Assembly (NCBI GenBank): GCA_051362555.1
Contig: CM120641.1
Span: forward strand, 28,774,401-28,838,400
Direction of reading: 5' to 3'
Source: Lingula anatina
Taxonomy: Eukaryota; Animalia; Brachiopoda
Length of the DNA: 64,000 bases
Below are positions 62,234 to 64,000 of this stretch, piece after piece. Below the pieces are notes generated by a model. The model was not told the origin of the DNA. It was given only the letters and a program-made list of their open reading frames with translations, and ran no database searches. Every line of letters starts with the position of its first letter. Position 1 is the stretch's first letter. Both the position numbers and the translations under genes were made by a program.

Positions 62234-64000
62234 CAGACACCCACAGACTGAAGTAAATGATTTAAATGTGTTGAATGCTTGACAATCACTGTCACTTTGA
62301 TGGTGGCTGTTTCAGGAAAAGATAATGAATTATTTTTCAGGAATATGAATTATCAAAAGGAAAGAGTTTACTAAAAGGCAAAAGGGGTGATTTATCATTT
62401 GAAAGTTAACTGTGTTTTGTGAATGATTGGCATTGTATGCCATGTTAAAATATTAAAAAACATTGTTAAAATGTTGAAATTCAAAATGGCCCAAAGAGAT
62501 GTATTAGTGAGGTATGAAGATGATTTTCTTCCATGCGGAATATCTTTCTTAATAACTTGATTAATCCAGTAAGACATCAGCAACTAGTGGTAAAATAACA
62601 GATAAGATAAAATAGTTATGTTGAAAATGTCAAACAATATTAGATAATCAGGAGACAGTTAAAAGTTCTTCAACTAAGGTGTTAAAAGATAGTACTATAA
62701 TAGTGCATGTATGTATCATTCCACAAAAAAGTGATCATATTTTAGTCAAGTTAATGAAGAAGACTGAGTGTGCAACATGTGCATGGCTGTTTTGTATCAC
62801 TCAATAATTACTGTTGATTTTTTTTTTTTTGTAGAGAATACTGCATTGTTGAAGTCAAAATACTCACAAATATTGCTTTCTTCTTAAATCATGGTTTTAG
62901 ACTGATAAAACATGTATCGTGAAGCTTTCCATGAAATAGAGGACATAACTGTCTTGACATCATCTTATAAATCATCTCCTTTGTGTCATGTCAAGCTCTG
63001 CAACTTACGTATTGCCTTCCTTTGTAATGTAAAAAGGATGTTACCAAATGGTATAAGTAATAACATTGCATGTTGCTTTGTTTACAAATATTTTGTTAGG
63101 TTTGTAAAAGAATAAATTTATACATAACCGTGAGATCCTATTAATTACGTATGATGAAGAAGATTAATAAATCAATTTGAAGTATTTGCAGAATTTCTAG
63201 AAAGTTTTGCATCATATGTTTATATCTCCATCCTTATAAGTGTGGGATCCAGTAAAGACACCAAACACAATAAATAGCTTTGTTGATATTTAGTCAGTGA
63301 ACAACACTTTTCATATTTTTTTTACTCAAATAAGATATTACAATTTTACTTTAAGTAATTTACCAGGTAATCAGAATTTTCAGGATTGATAAGAATTATT
63401 AAACTATGACATGACCAAGGTTAATGGTAGCCAGCTAAACAAACAAGTTTTGAGGGGCTGCATCAATATACATACCTATACAAGTGGTACCAGAATGTGC
63501 TAGTGGTACCTTTACATTTTGCATTGATACAATTTTGTTATAGTCCTGTGGGGTTCAGGCAGGACATAATTTAGGTCATAGAAGAAAAGAAAAAAACCTG
63601 GGAATATGGCAATGTGATATCACCTATACTTCATATACATTGTATAGCAGCTTATGCATGCTAACAGTGACACCAGTAGCTTCATGTGTCTCTGTGAACA
63701 GCGCTGAAGAGAGAAAAGTTGATATGTTGTTATGGTTCTGAATACCAGAGTGTAAAGATCCTACCAACATGTTGTATGTGGTATTAAATGTTGATAAGAT
63801 ATGATGTCTTTTATCTGTACACATGAGGAAAATGAATTTGTGATCAAAGGTGTTAGTAGCAGTGACTGAACTTAGGCAGTCCTGAATAAATTGGAATCTG
63901 TGACATCATTATCACTAACGTGAAAAAAATTTAATTAAAAAGAAAGAAAAACAATCAAAGGAACGAGCAAAAAAAAACAAAAAAAAAAAAAAAAACGGTG

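Overview
AT-rich, intron-rich genomic DNA of an invertebrate animal, probably a lophotrochozoan (inferred from gene and repeat content). Spliced models were built by hand from splice sites and reading-frame phase. Left to right: (1) the first two coding exons of a minus-strand signal-peptide gene running off the window start; (2) a complete 8-exon Mu-class glutathione S-transferase (+, 9209-14154); (3) a secreted animal heme peroxidase (-, ~35182-17100, ~797 aa) with intact catalytic motifs, one GC-AG intron, a Tyr/Gly-rich N-terminal exon and a 73-aa Arg/Tyr-rich acid-free C-terminal tail; (4) an intronless gene for a 75-aa secreted Tyr/Arg-rich peptide (+, 31122-31349), apparently nested antisense in the peroxidase's first intron and sharing RYFR/RYY motifs with the enzyme tail; (5) the 14-exon AP-5 mu subunit gene AP5M1 (+, 42245-62233), whose 8.4-kb intron 10 holds an antisense intronless rhodopsin-class GPCR among three Helentron/HINE-like elements. 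There are also many MITEs, a Penelope-like relic with a decayed hammerhead, a LINE 3' end and microsatellites. The best candidate for an undescribed system is the peroxidase plus Tyr/Arg peptide as an enzyme-substrate cross-linking module. The second is possible Helentron-mediated transport of the GPCR.
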